Made by a program: the position numbers and the translations under genes. Under the pieces are notes generated by a model that was not told the DNA's origin, did no database searches, and saw nothing but the letters and a program-made list of their open reading frames with translations. 64,000 nucleotides of DNA from Octopus bimaculoides (lineage: Eukaryota), in contig NC_068986.1 in NCBI RefSeq assembly GCF_001194135.2, positions 110,806,184 through 110,870,183 on the forward strand. The letters are read 5' to 3'. Positions 25,577 through 39,944 of the stretch are shown piece by piece; position 1 is the first letter of the stretch, and each line of letters starts with the position of its first letter.

Positions 25577-26019
25577 NNNNNNNNNNNNNNNNNNNNNNNN
25601 NNNNNNNNNNNNNNNNNNNNNNNNNNNNNNNNNNNNNNNNNNNNNNNNNNNNNNNNNNNNNNNNNNNNNNNNNNNNNNNNNNNNNNNNNNNNNNNNNNNN
25701 NNNNNNNNNNNNNNNNNNNNNNNNNNNNNNNNNNNNNNNNNNNNNNNNNNNNNNNNNNNNNNNNNNNNNNNNNNNNNNNNNNNNNNNNNNNNNNNNNNNN
25801 NNNNNNNNNNNNNNNNNNNNNNNNNNNNNNNNNNNNNNNNNNNNNNNNNNNNNNNNNNNNNNNNNNNNNNNNNNNNNNNNNNNNNNNNNNNNNNNNNNNN
25901 NNNNNNNNNNNNNNNNNNNNNNNNNNNNNNNNNNNNNNNNNNNNNNNNNNNNNNNNNNNNNNNNNNNNNNNNNNNNNNNNNNNNNNNNNNNNNNNNNNNN
26001 NNNNNNNNNNNNNNNNNNN
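25577..26019. other. Assembly gap (N)
   Basis: N run. Confidence 0.99.
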
Positions 26020-26369
26020 GCAAGGAAAAAGAAGGAGAAGAAAAAGGATGAGAAAAATGCGGGAGTGCCATGATAGTAGTAAGATGTTAAATGGTCAAGT
26101 GCCCTTAAAGTGATTTGTGGATGTAAGTATTGACTGAATTCTTGAAGCATCTCTTTTAAATGTATTGTTTATAAAATATGCGTAGGTGTTATTCTAAACA
26201 GCAATAGTGGTAAAGTTAGGAAGGAGGTAGCGGAGAGGACGAAGAAGGAGAAAGAGATGGGAGAATAAGCAAGGAATGTAGATAGTATGATGAGCTTGGG
26301 GTGGGGTGGGGAGCTCGTAAGTCATTCCATCCTTTCATTTAATTTATTATATCATGAACATCATTGGTT

Positions 26370-27480
26370 ATGTGTACCCCACGTTTTGTGTTGCCTGTCC
26401 TTGTAATGTCCACTCTATGCCTAAATAAAGATATATACATGAAGGGAGCAAATGGCTAAAGGGAATCTGTGAAACACTGCGTGCGTTTTGAAGTCGAGAG
26501 CTTAATGAGATACCCAGCCCGAAGTAAGAAGACATTGCTGGTGGCAGGAACAAGGGAGTATTGAGAGCAGAAGAAAAGATAGGGAAAACAGAGGAAGTAC
26601 AAGAAGGAGAGGAAGAAGAATTACACAAGTGAGGATTACACAATCAATTCTATGTAGTCAGAAGAGAATTTGCTGGAAAAAATAGTTGGAATTGGCTGAT
26701 GAACGAAACCCTACAAAAAGACACCGAGAGCACTGTATTGGCAGCGCAGGACCAAGCTTTGACCACGAACTGGAGGGCCAAACTTAAGAAGGAGCATGTG
26801 TCGCCGATGTGTCGCAACTGTAACAGGGTAGATGAAAGCATTGCCAATATCACGAACGAATGCCCTAGATTTGCCCCAAATGACTGCAAGTTGTGACGAC
26901 CAGGTAAGCAAAAGTGCTACATTGAAAAACGTGCGAAAAGTGGGGGCTAGGGAGAGTCCCGACGTGTTATGACCACAAACCGCAGCAAGGGGCAGAGTCG
27001 GAGACTAGAAAGATCCTCTGGGATTTCTGAATCCAAAGAGATCATGTGATAGAGCTTTAGGGACAGGACGTAGTGGTACACCACATATGCTATATAGTTG
27101 ATGTTGCATGCCTCTTTGACACTCGAATATTCAAGACAGAAGGCGAATACATACATATATACATACATACATACATATATACATGCATCCTTATATACGA
27201 AATAGGTCGGTTCTGGAAAAGGGAGAAGGTGAAGATAGTACCAATTATAGTTGGGTCCTTTGGAACACTATCAGAAGTCATCAAGAGGAATATAAAGGAA
27301 ATTGGAATAGAGTACGTAGTAGAACTGTTACTAAAGGTTTGCCTCCTTGGCATGGCTAGAATAATCAGGGAAGTATAAGATACCTGAAAAGAATGGATAG
27401 CATGGTAACGTAGGTTGCAGGTAGTAAGCCCGCTACGCTTGCAAGACTCCGGGAGCTCCAAGAAAACCTGTCATAAATAG
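26370..27480 (+). mobile_element. R4/Dong-like element, 5'-truncated (family C), with internal (ATAC)n expansion
   Basis: LQKDTESTVLAAQDQAL, PMCRNCNRVDESIANITNEC, KILWDF and KIVPIIVGSFGT..ELLLKVCLLGMARIIREV, then a 3' UTR and (TAA)n from ~27484. Confidence 0.85.
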
Positions 27481-28333
27481 AAAATAATAATAATAATAAT
27501 AATCATGAAACAAATAAAATCATATAGCAATTACCCATCCTGCTTCTTCTATCCATCATCATCATCAATGTCATGAACAGCGACATGCATCATCATCGTG
27601 ATCATGATGACTATCATCACCACCTCCCCCAGTACCACCAACACTACAATCCCAAAGCCATCGTCATTATTACTATTATTATTATTAGTAGTAGTAGTGG
27701 TATGAACTGATTTTGCCTTTTTTGTAGCATGAAGTGGGCAGTTGAAAGTAAGAAATTTAACCCAAGACATCACATCAATTAATTACCACTAATTAATAAC
27801 ATTGAACTGAAACAATAACAATAACAGCAAAAACAAAACTACAGCAATAATAAGAAAAAGAAAGATAAAAATAACATATTTTTTTTTTTTCTGTTAGTGA
27901 AAAATGTTTGAAAGAATTTTTAAAAATCACTGGAAGGAGAGAAAATNNNNNNNNNNGGGGGGTAGAAATGAGACAGAGAATAGAAAGGGGGAGTGCGAGA
28001 TTGTTATCATTTATAGCAGCGTTGGATGACGGTGGTGATGATGGTGATGAAGATGATGATGATGTTGATAATGATGGTGGTGGTGGTGGTGATCGTGATG
28101 ATGATGGTGTTGGAGGTATATTGATGGTCGTGGTTGTCAAATTAATGGTGTTGATGAGGCGGGAGAGAGAGGGATAAAAAATAAAATCTAAAAAGAACAA
28201 GAAACCCAACTTTAAAAAAAATGCACGTCTTTCATAAAATATGAAAAAAAAATAAAGAAAATCAAATTATGTTTATTGCCTTAAATCAGAAGGAACAGTG
28301 ACAGAGATCGAACTATTATATATGTGTTTATGC

Positions 28334-28393
<60 letters not shown>

Positions 28394-29664
28394 TCATGTG
28401 TGTGAGAGTGTTTGTGCATCTCTATGTCTATGTATGTATGTATGTATATGTGTGTGCGTTTAAGAATATCAGTCCTATAATTATATCCTTGTCTAAGTTT
28501 AAAGACACATTAACATACACATGAATGCATGTTTATATACATACATGTATGTATGCATACAGACACATGTATATAAATACAACTATATGCACATATATAT
28601 TTACTCACAAGTAGGCGATAAAGATATGTATATGTGAGTGTGTGTGTGTGTGTGTGTAAAACATTATGTTAAAAACTATAGCAACAAAATAAACGCCTAT
28701 TTTGTTTTTTTTTAATAGCCGTTACAGTTTATTATTTCAAAAATATACTAAGAAGTCAACACCTCCACCAAAAAGAAAATAATGAAATAGCAATACAAAC
28801 CGACTTGTATCTCTGTGATTCTGTGATGTTTATGTTTTCTACCTTAACTCATAATATCCAGCGAAAGGAAGCAATTTGCAAATAACTCGGTTCTAACATA
28901 TAATTATCAACCCGAACGACATACATACAGACGGACGCACAGAAATGCTTAAGCGTGCATACTTGTACATATATACATACACGGTGTACACCCAGCACAC
29001 ATTTAAAACACTTGCACACAGACACTTATATTCGCTCACGTGCATACAAATACATACAGCCACGTGCTTGTACTGTTACATACAGATGCATAAATATAAA
29101 AAAATTCTTGAATTCTCTACATAAATTACGTAAATAACGTAAGGTTTATCACTTCCTATGTCTAGCCTCTTTTTCTCTCTTTCTCAGTTTAGCACTTATA
29201 TAATCTATCTATTTTTCCCAATATGTTCATCTCTTTCTATCCATCGATCAATCTATCTGTTGACCTATCTGCCTATGTATGGAAACAATATGTATCTATG
29301 TATGACTCTATCTATCTTTCTTCCTAACTCTCTTTCCATCCACTTATTTGCCCATCATATCCAACACGTAGGCTGAGATTACCTTAGAGAGCATCTCAAA
29401 CACCATTAAAACTCACAAACAGAAATACTCTTCTGAAACCAATAATTTTCCAAATCACCATTCCACTCACACAAATACATCTTCACTGAATCATAGAGAG
29501 ATGTACACCGAAGAGATGTAATATAATACACGTTCTTTAGAAATTCTACAACAAAGGGCAAAAATTTGACAACATTGCCTCTACGGATGCAGAAACATAT
29601 TTACCAATGATTGTGGGGAAGGAAATATCGGTATAATATTAACACCATCTTTCTCTCTCTCTCG

Positions 29665-29700
<36 letters not shown>

Positions 29701-30056
29701 CGGATGAATGAATAATCCTTTGTTTACAGTTAACACGGAAAATTCAATAAACTTTTATCAGGGTATCAAAATTCACGCAAGTAACAGGGATGTAGCGAAC
29801 GTATTCAAAGGTAGAAACTCAGGGTTATTGTGCAGTAATTTGTATAGTATAAGTCAATAAAGCAGGTAATATGCAAAATTTAAAATCGTTTCAAAAATCC
29901 CTGATAGGCATTACAAACAATATTTCCTTAGTTTTCCACGAAGCAATTTTTAAACGAATATAAGAGAGTGACAACACCGTTCCAGACAGCAACACATTTG
30001 TGGTGTCTGGAACTGAAAATGTGTCCATTCCTAAACATAATAAACATAACATACGT

Positions 30057-30256
30057 GAGGGCATGGCTGTGTGATTAGGAAGCTCCTTTTACAGCCACGT
30101 GATACCGCGTTGTGTGTGTGTGTGTGTGTCTCACAATAATGCTTGACATAAATATCAAAGTACGAAGTAAATCCTGGGGCGATTTGTTCGACTAAACACT
30201 TTAAGTGGATGCTACAGTATGGCCGTAATCTAATTACTGACTCAAGTAAAAGATAA
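30057..30256 (+). mobile_element. tRNA-derived SINE, internally deleted
   Basis: Head gcatggctgtgtgattaggaagc, matching the reverse complement of 32975-33124. (TG)n inside and a 3' block cctggggcgatttgttcgactaaa. Confidence 0.6.
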
Positions 30257-31849
30257 ATGGTAAACGGTAAGGGATAATCTATAGAATAAAAATAAGCAAC
30301 ATTGATGGTATGTTCATTGTGATGCCATAATATATCGTTCCATCCATGGAAGAAGAAAGAATTAAAAATGAAATGCTTTTAAGAGATTTCAATAATACGT
30401 CCATCTTAAAATTTGCAATTCAACATAATTCTGGAGTACGGTCATAGCACAACTCTTGTTTGCAATAGGCTCACTGGAATAATGAAGACCCGTATAACAT
30501 GTTCGTATACAAAACAAAAATAATACTAAAAACGAATTGAGTAGCGTAACGTGAGTTGATCACCATAGTCATAGATGACCTGTAAACAAATCTCTTATGA
30601 AGCCATCATTTAACGTTCAGATGACTCTGTTCAATGCAGAATCCATTTATTTTCAGTCATTTGAATTAATCATGCTTTATCTTGTTGCCTCAAAAGTTCA
30701 ATGATGTGCTGTTCGTTTACTTCTTGAATGAATTTTCTTCGTAGGAGTGAAAAACTAGATCTTTGCTGATTTGAACATACAACTTGTACAAAACGTGCGC
30801 CGGATATGCTCAAGTTAAATGCTAAAGAGTAAAACAATCATTGAAACGTAACGACGTAAATTAGAATACGTTGATATAACAAAAAAATCCTTAGAAAGAC
30901 AGTTAATCCAACATTACTACATGTTGGATTAACTGTCTTTCTGTCATTCAGGCCAGTAAATATATACAGATCTCATACATATAGTACGCCACATGAACAA
31001 AATGCATTATAATTAAAGTGTTGAAGAATATGCCATTGAAAAGCAAACAAACATTACAAACTCATATCGTACCACAAAGTAAAAGAAAATATATTTAATT
31101 ACCATGAAACTTGATGTATGCAAGTTAACCGAGTATAATTTATAAATGAATTTTATTTAGAAATATTAGTATAAACAAGGAAATTTTATTCATGGCTGAA
31201 AGTACATTTATTTCATCAGTTTACAACGATTTTATACCCGCGAGCCAACACAATACATTTTGCGAGATAAAAATGGAGCAAAATAAGTTCCAGCAAAGAC
31301 ATTAGCTGACAAAACTGCCATGTTGCATATATTTTCACATAAGAAAAAAAACTTAGATTTGCTGTAGAAGCCTTATTAATTCCAAAATGTAAGAAAAGAA
31401 TCCTATCAGCAAACTGAAATACAGCATATTTGAACTAAGATATAGACGTATTAAGGATTTAGTTGTTAAAAAAATATTTATTCCAGCAAAGATGATCTTA
31501 TTAGCTACGTCATTGTTGTATTGATTCAATGCTTGTTATTACTAAACATAGCAACAGCTAGCTGTCAAAAGAAGACGGGGAGCTCTTAAAGCCTGGAAAT
31601 TGTCGGATGATTAAAAGTAAATATGGAAGGTAACAAAATTAAACATAAAAGACATTTCATAGAAATATATCATGTTTCAAATATTTAAATCCAAGCAGAG
31701 AAACTTTGTTTTTTTGTGGTGGAGGGGGTAATTTTCCTTTTCTGCTTGAGCTCTATTTTTTATAAACACGGCTCGTCGGTTTCCATGATTAATGGGAGAC
31801 CGATATTATAACATTTCTCGGAAGGGGACGCCGGACTGTTGTACGGTTC

Positions 31850-32032
31850 AACAACAGCAAACTTGAGGCGATGGGAAAATTGCGTCGACCCGACTGATTG
31901 TTACTTATATAGATCCCCCACCCCCACCCAGTGGAATATCAAGCCATTATTTGAACTCCGAACATAAACAACCGGAAGAAATACCACTTAGAAATTTTGA
32001 GTGACGAGCAAACGATTCTGCCAGATCGGCAC
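31850..32032 (-). mobile_element. SINE family M, decayed
   Basis: tttgaactccgaac, gaaataccactt and acgattctgccag match 11120-11200. Confidence 0.55.
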
Positions 32033-32140
32033 CTTCATAGGCACAGCCATAAATATTCGCATACAGGTTGCGCGTGTATATACACATATACATATTTTGG
32101 GCATACGTGATCATCTATATATATATATATTCTTTTATTC

Positions 32141-32410
32141 CCATCTGAGGCACAAGTCCGAATAAGATCGTTTATGGAAGACCAGCAGTCACCTAAGCGT
32201 ACCAAACTCCACAGATGTTATCCAAAGGAAAGGCAAAAGCCGGTACAGCTTGGCACTAGTGACGTCGCTACTCATTTCTACGGCTGAGTGAACAGGAGGA
32301 ACAGGTAAAAATTGTCTTGCTGAGGAACACAATACAGCTGGGTTTGGGAATCGAACTCACTACCTCATGATTGATCCCGACGTCCAAAATACTGAGCCAT
32401 GCGTCTTCAC
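32141..32410 (-). mobile_element. tRNA-derived SINE (family K)
   Basis: Minus head gtgaagacgcatggctcagt and B-box gagttcgattccc. Paralog at 61057-61344 (tggaagaccag, gttatccaa.ggaaag, cagtgacgtc). Confidence 0.8.
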
Positions 32411-32582
32411 TCTCTCCCTCTCCCGTCTCCCCCTCTCTCTCTCTTTACATATATATATATATATATATATATATANNNNNNNNNNNNNNNNNNNNNNNNN
32501 NNNNNNNNNNNNNNNNNNNNNNNNNNNNNNNNNNNNNNNNNNNNNNNNNNNNNNNNNNNNNNNNNNNNNNNNNNNATATATG

Positions 32583-32614
<32 letters not shown>

Positions 32615-32974
32615 TATATAAAGAAGACCACTAGGATAACTGCGGATAACTTTGTATGTATTTATGTCATTATCACTTGTGTTGCCCGTATACGTTTTGT
32701 TGCTTCGCTAAATTTCCTTTGAGAACAATTCGGTCTTAGTAGATGCATTACATGTGATCTTCTTCTAGCACATTAATAGTCTACCTCGTGGCCTTTTTTT
32801 ATATATGCATATACAATAATCCTTTGAGATCTCAGATATTTTTTTCTGAATTTCCTTGATTCTTTTAATGTGCTTGTTTCCTGGTATTAAATTGATATTA
32901 ATTAATATCCAATTTTTTACCCTACTGTTTTAATTTATATATGCATATATAGAACACGTCGTATATATATATAC

Positions 32975-33124
32975 GACAAGTTCTTTCAGATTCCGTGTAC
33001 CATATCCACTCACGTTGCTTTGCTCGGTCCGAGGTAACCACTTGCCCAAGGTAACCACGCAGTGCGACTGAACTCGGAAACATGTGATTGGTAGGCAAGT
33101 TACTTACCACACAGCCACCCCTGC
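32975..33124 (-). mobile_element. tRNA-derived SINE head
   Basis: Minus gcaggggtggctgtgtggtaagtaacttgcc..cgagttcagtcgcactgcgtggttaccttgggcaagtg. Confidence 0.7.
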
Positions 33125-33254
33125 AAAAGAGTGACTAAACGTCGGTTAGTTTCGACCGTTAAGTCACTCTGTTGTTTCAGCTAAATATTAATGAAAATAT
33201 ACATATACCCATAGTTCTATTTTTCCTCTTTGTATTAACATACCTATATATAAT

Positions 33255-33315
<61 letters not shown>

Positions 33316-34419
33316 NNNNNNNNNNNNNNNNNNNNNNNNNNNNNNNNNNNNNNNNNNNNNNNNNNNNNNNNNNNNNCAGACGAGGACAGGTGGTGTAAAT
33401 AACAAAAGTATATATTAGATATATATATATATAGATAGATAGATAGATAGATATTTAGTTAGTTAGTTAGTTAGATATGCATGTTAACGTATATAGACAT
33501 CTGAAATCTTTTGCTGTGTGTCTGTATGTGTGAGTGTATGAATGCTTAAAATGTTTGCAATAACAAACCTACCACTTTTCCACGGAGATTTCGATCTATA
33601 ATTCTGCCTCCAAATCAATCACTACTTATGATATTTTATCCACATCTTCAATCATATTTCTTTACGACCACCACCGACAACACCAATCACACCCTCACTA
33701 ACTTCCCTCCCCCATTCTCTACAAATCATTGCCTCTTCCAAATCGTTCACTCTATCACCTTTTTTTTTAATATCTGTATATGTTTATTCATTCATTTTGC
33801 ACATATAATATTTCTATCTATACGGAGCGGAACCTATATATTATCTTAATGCATGCGTGCTATACATGAATTTACAGGAACAACCATATATCATATTTGT
33901 ATATATAAAAATACATGATGTATACATTCGGTAATTTACGTATATATGTATCCATCTATTTATACCCCTTCCTCTCCTTCCCTATATATATGTGTGTGTG
34001 TATATCAATACACACTCACACAAATATTTGTACATATATAATTCATGTGAGCATATTTATGCACAAATGTATTACCTAAATATAAATATTTGAATTTATA
34101 AATTTATAGAGAGAGAAAGAGGGAGGAGGAGAGAATGTGTGGCAGGTGACTGTGTTTGTGTGTGTATATATGCATCAGTAGAATGTGTGTGCGCGTATCT
34201 GCGTTGACTAAGTAGTTGATTCATTTGTATGTGTGTCTCTATAACCGATATATGTGTGTGTTTCCGTGAATGTGTATATACACGGATAGAGATATATAGG
34301 TAGATGGCAGCCATATTGTATTTATAAAGCTATATATCTAACTGTGTTTGCATGTGTAGAAGTAGACATTAATCACCTGGGATTTGTACGATTGTGTGTA
34401 CATGTAGAGTACATATATA

Positions 34420-34560
34420 GGTTGATTGATAAGTAATTGGTTGTCGAGCTGTTTGGCAATTCCTTTGATTAATCGGATTATCAGATTACTGCCATTTAAT
34501 CAACTGATTATTGAGCTGGGAACATCAAAGGAAGTCACCTTTGTTGAAGCCAGGTTGAAT
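34420..34560. promoter_or_regulatory. Candidate cis-regulatory module (TCF/Sox/homeodomain motif cluster)
   Basis: TGATTGAT 34423, TAATTG 34434, CTTTGAT 34463, TGATTAAT 34466, GGATTA 34475, ATCAAAG 34524 and CTTTGTT 34539, all in unique-looking sequence. Confidence 0.3.
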
Positions 34561-35304
34561 CGATCGATGCTTATGAATGGTTCTCTGGACATGATTATTT
34601 TTCTCAACAAGGGAGACATTTGTTTTTCCGCAACAGTTATAAATCTTAATAAAAGCATTTATTTTACGGCTGTTACGCGCATAAATGGAGCGTCGGCAGT
34701 TGATACGCCACTACCACACTATATTCTATATTTGCACATCAGTCTGTAATAATACTAATGTTAATTCAAATATTTTTTCGACTTCTTTGTTTTCTTTTGT
34801 TTTTGTTTTTTTGATAAAGGTTACAACAAAGCTTCAAACCTTCTATAATTAATACGATACACGGGGTGGGGGATGGTGTTTTGCGCCGTATAGTTTTGTT
34901 AGTATTTCTTTCTTAGCCATTTAGTAACATTTATATTATTCTTTCTGACTTTGATAGTCTTTACCGCAAATATCACAGACGTCTGAAAGTGATGACACCT
35001 CTCATTCGCATTTTATTTAATTTTTTTTTGTATATTTTTGCCCAAATGAATTTTTCACGAATTATCCTGGTTTTGTTTTGACGTAAGATGTAGCGTTGCT
35101 CTATTTTAAATAAGGAGGTTCGTAGCCACATCTTATTCTTTAACTGTTGTACTTTAGCCTCAGGCTTCACTTGGTCTACATCTATGAGTAACTACGTTCA
35201 AACTATAATCATTTGATCGAGAAGTATTTACATATCCAAAATTAATAAGACTGTGAAGAGGAATTTGAACTTTGATCTACTGATTTTTTTCATTTATCGC
35301 CCAT

Positions 35305-35505
35305 ATAAATTTAGGCACAAGGGTAGCACTTCTGGGGTAGGCGGTAATATGATCATATCAACTGCAGTTTTCAATTGGTATTTATTTTATTGAACCCGAA
35401 ATGATGAAAGGCCAAGCTACCCTCAGCAAGATTTGAACTCAGAATAAAGATGGGCGAAATTTCGCAAGTATTTACCCGGGGTACAAATGATTCTACCCGT
35501 GCAAC
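35305..35505 (-). mobile_element. SINE family M, decayed
   Basis: gaacccgaaatgatgaaaggc and gatttgaactcagaa match the family-M reverse strand. Confidence 0.6.
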
Positions 35506-35529
35506 GTTTAAAGATCCTTTACGAGTCAT

Positions 35530-35688
35530 ACAGACTTAATCGCATAGTGCTTGTTTCCCCGCCTCTATGGTGCACATTACACACACACACACTCCTCGAT
35601 TAGACGCCGGTCTGTCGCAGGATCACTCGTTTCTACAGCTGAGTGGACTGGACTAACATGAAATGAAGCGTTTTGTTCAAGAACCCAT
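35530..35688 (-). mobile_element. SINE fragment
   Basis: tttctacagctgagtggactgga..catgaaatgaagcgttttgttcaagaac resembles the family-K block at 32275-32325. Confidence 0.5.
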
Positions 35689-36289
35689 ATAATTAATATA
35701 AAAATCTAGATATAATTATTCTCTTAGTTATTTGTTCGGAGGAAACATGAGTCAATACGAAATTGATTAAAAAGTGAGTGCAGGGCTTTAGAAAAATATC
35801 CATGAGCTGCTAGTGCGAAAATATCAAGTCATGTTAAAATTGGTAAATACACGGTAAGACAAACTAAGGTTAAAAATATTAAATATAAAAATGCTATGTT
35901 ATGTTATTTGAACGCGTTGACGGAGTCTTAGAAAGCGTTCTCGTTGCATTCTGCTTGTGTTTTGTATTTATTAGACTAGGCGGAGTTTATTCCTCTTCAC
36001 ACCTGACGCCAGTCGATTTCTTCCATAGACAGAGAAAGAGAACTAAAGCGCTAGTGTAACAGAACAGAATTACCCAGTACACACCTGGTCTCTTATTTAG
36101 CGACCTTGTAAGGATGACAGCAAAGTTGGCCTCGGCGGAATTTTGGACTCGTAGCAAAACGATTTCAGCCAAGCAACATGTGCAACGCTCGAACCTGTTG
36201 GCTTATTACGTATATAAACAAGTTAATGCATCATTTTCCACCTATTGTACAATCGCTATATTGCAAGGAGTAACTAGTAAGCTTCTTCT

Positions 36290-36760
36290 AGATAAGCCTA
36301 TCACCTGTTTGTTCTTCCTTCGAGGTCGGCCAGAGACTTGCGTTGGGGAGATATGACGCACAGTCTACGATCGAATCTGTTCACTACCGCTATCGTACGA
36401 GAAGATCTGTAAAAGTGTCATCCCCAGTTCGTACCTGCTAATCATTAAACACAGTATCCTGGGACACCATTCTATTGTTTGTCGATACTAATTGGCTCTG
36501 CTCACGAGTAGAATTACCTCTTTCGATAGAAGCCCAAAAAATAGACCCTGTTATTCTGCGAAGTGTTTCATGAGGAAAAACAGTACAGATCACATAGCTG
36601 GAGCGCATCTCTCTTAAGTCTATCGCATTCATGGCTTATGACCATAATCAGGTCCTACTCGGGATAGCACAAGTTTCTGCATCTCTGACTATTATACATC
36701 ATTGTTGCTCCTCCACTCATGCAGCTTAAAATTATTTACTGCTATATCAGAATTGAGTTC
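36290..36760 (-). mobile_element. RTE-clade LINE relic (post-RT region)
   Basis: Fragments AMNAIDL, IFWASIE and GRPRRK occur in the order expected for RTE thumb/C-terminal motifs, with many stops. Confidence 0.45.
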
Positions 36761-37311
36761 TTATAGAAGACTATCACGTTTCTGAGATGTCATGGCGTTC
36801 ATTTAGTCAACATGTACATTACTTCAGAAACTGAAACATTATACGCACGGAAAATTCTTCTCAAGTTTTCCTTTTTTTTTGTGAGTCTCATGACATATAA
36901 ATAAAACCCACAAAAATGATTTAGTTCTCGGTTGAATATCACTATCCATTCTACTCCCAGTAGAATTCTCTGGATACTGCTGTACTTAACAGTATTAAAT
37001 GTTGTGATATACAAAAGGAATTTACGGGACATACGATAAACATACGGTGACGTTTACACCGTTCGTCCGCAACTCTGGATTGACTACCGGTCTTATTTGC
37101 AGCTTCTGCAATAGGACTTCATATCAACATAATGCAATAAAGTGTAACTGTGAGAAGTAAGTTTTGTTTCTGCATGAAAATGCACAATAACCACCAACGG
37201 CAGAAGTAGCAAAGTGCCACAATGGCGAAACGTACTTAGAGAACAAAAAGCAGAGAGCGCACGTCATGTTTTTATATTTATTTTTATTTTTCCACACACG
37301 TCCGCACGGAT

Positions 37312-37369
<58 letters not shown>

Positions 37370-39159
37370 NNNNNNNNNNNNNNNNNNNNNNNNNNNNNNN
37401 NNNNNNNNNNNNNNNNNNNNNNNNNNNNNNNNNNNNNNNNNNNNNNNNNNNNNNNNNNNNNNNNNNNNNNNNNNNNNNNNNNNNNNNNNNNNNNNNTGAT
37501 GTAATGCTGTCTCTGTACATCTGGACTGACACCCTGCAGTTAGGTGGCGTTTACCGCCAAAAAAACAAACCTTGCTGTTATAAACGACAGTCAGTCAGAA
37601 AGCACTACGTGTAGTTTTAACTTTCATCCAAGCATGTATAAGGTAACATTATCAAATGTGGTATCAAGCTTTTAAGCCCTTTCTATGTCATATATAATTA
37701 TATATATGCAAGATACTTGCGACATTTTGTGCCTAGGTTGAGCGCCACATGAAGTTGATGTTATCCTTTACCCACGTGGAATTTTTAACAGAAATATGTA
37801 TATTTGTATGGCGTGAAATTTACAGTAATAGTGATGCTCATGTCTTTCTTCGTATAACTACAATAATACTTTAATAAATGGTTATTTATTTAGGCGCAAG
37901 GCTGGGAGTAAATCTGCCCTTGGCTGCCTCAAGGCCTAAATACCCTATCCGATCTATATCAACAATTTATTGAATTTAGAGACATATGATCATGTTGATC
38001 ATTAACATCATCAATGTGATCAATGCACTAAGATCTGCCGCAAAGATCAAGAGAACTACTTTCTTAATTCTTCTCAACTGACGAAAAAATATATACGCAC
38101 AAGTACTTTAATATTTATATTCATTATTTTCTGCGTGAAACAAAAGGAGCAGCCATGAATAATTTCAGCAACTGTGACACCAAAATGTTATTTGAATAAT
38201 GGAGTGAAAGTAAGCATGGTCACAGAAATTTTAGTACAGCAAATATACATAAAACCAGGACTTTTATTCAAGTATGACAAAGCCGTTTGTTGGCAGAGAG
38301 TTTAAGGAGTTGCAAAAATTATTTGCTGTATATGTCCCAGAACTTGCCGTCTAAGCTCCACTCCGGCCGATCTCAAATTCACGTCTTTTCATTTCGGTAA
38401 CAGTAAATAAAAGTACACTAAGTTATTGGAGTTGATGGTACCGACTTACAAACGCTTGATGAAATCGTTACGTTTTAGACTAGATTAAAAAAAAAAAAAA
38501 TCTTTATTAAGGATGCATGAAGAGACACATAAACAACACATCGACGCTGGAAACATTTCAGAAAATACACAAATGCATAGAACTGTTTCTAACACTATAT
38601 GGGCAGCTGACGTGATGTATGCACGAGACTCTAAATGAAATAGAACAACATTCCCAGCATGCTTACTACAGCTGGCTGATAAAATACATTAATTAATGCA
38701 GGAACCAACTAACACATATTATCAATAAAAGGTGGTTAAAAACTCGCACTGTGCAATATTGTGCTCTCTGTGCTGTGAGAGGACAGTGACTGCTACAACG
38801 CGTTTGGTCGCAGTTTTTTTACTCAACCATGGTTGATTTGGAGTTTTAACAACACGATCGAAAATAACTATTAAAACATATTTCATAAAATTCCTTACAA
38901 AAGTAAAAAGTAACCGGTCATAAATTTTCAAAATATGAAAATTAACTTACAATTCGCTGATGACAGAATACACAATTTTAATGATACGATGATAGAAATC
39001 ATGAAAACTTATTAAAACTAGCTAAAAATTATAATAGTAATCTTCATTAATATTAATTAATTTTTATCGAACATTTGTCATGTGTTATGTGCAAACTCCA
39101 AGTTGGAAGTTTGTGTCAGGAGATTGCTGCCAGATGTTCATTGCAGGAAATAATGTCGT

Positions 39160-39912
39160 TAAAAAGTCAGACCCAGAACATTAATGGGATTCAATTGAGA
39201 ACATAAGTAACAGCGATTTGGTACGAATCTAAGTTTCAGAGACAACACATCAGAAAGTGATAAGTGCAGAATCTGTGGACAAAACGGTGAAACCGTATGG
39301 CATATTACCGGCCAATGCACGCTACTAGCCCAGAAGGAATATAAGAGACGCCACGACACTATAGCAAGGCTTGTCCATTGGACACACTGCAGCAAGAATG
39401 GAATTGACAGAGCAAAAAATTGGTACGATCACAAACCTAAAATCATCTTCGAAAATGGAAATGCCAAGATCCTATGAGATTTTATGATACAGTGCGACCA
39501 CGCGATAGAGAATAGGAAGCTGGACATAGTCTTAATTGAGAAAGAAAACAAACTATGCTGGATCATAGATATAGCATGCCTAGCTGACAAGATATGCGAT
39601 AAGTAAGAAAGAAAAGTCGACAGACATGACAGGTTAGTTTGGGAGGTTAAGCAGTTGTGGTCGATGAAAGAGGTAGCAATAGTACTAATAATTGTCGGAG
39701 CCTTAGGAACAGTGAGCAAAAATCTCGAAAAGTATGTAGAACAAGTAGGGGCTGCAATAAGAGAGGAGCACTTGCAGAAAACAGCACTGCTTGGAACCGC
39801 TCGAATACTCGGGAAGGTGCTCGAAAAAGAAGAGGTGTTACCTTAGTTCACTGGAAGTGAACAGCTGACACCGTAGTACATCTCCAGCGTTAGAAGCTGT
39901 GCAAAGGCAATA
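39160..39912 (+). mobile_element. R4/Dong-like family B 3' part with CCHC knuckle and RLE
   Basis: CRICGQNGETVWHITGQC, NRKLDIVLIEKENKLCWIIDIAC and LQKTALLGTARILGKVL. The 3' UTR matches 2353-2420 and ends in taatgataataa. Confidence 0.92.
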
Positions 39913-39944
39913 ATGATAATAATTGTGGTTCTTCTTATTATTAA

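Noticed and set aside
33128-33170. Hairpin agagtgact...agtcactct with cgaaact on the minus strand
   Set aside because: No CTGANGA core; a short AT-rich hairpin compatible with chance or a decayed repeat.
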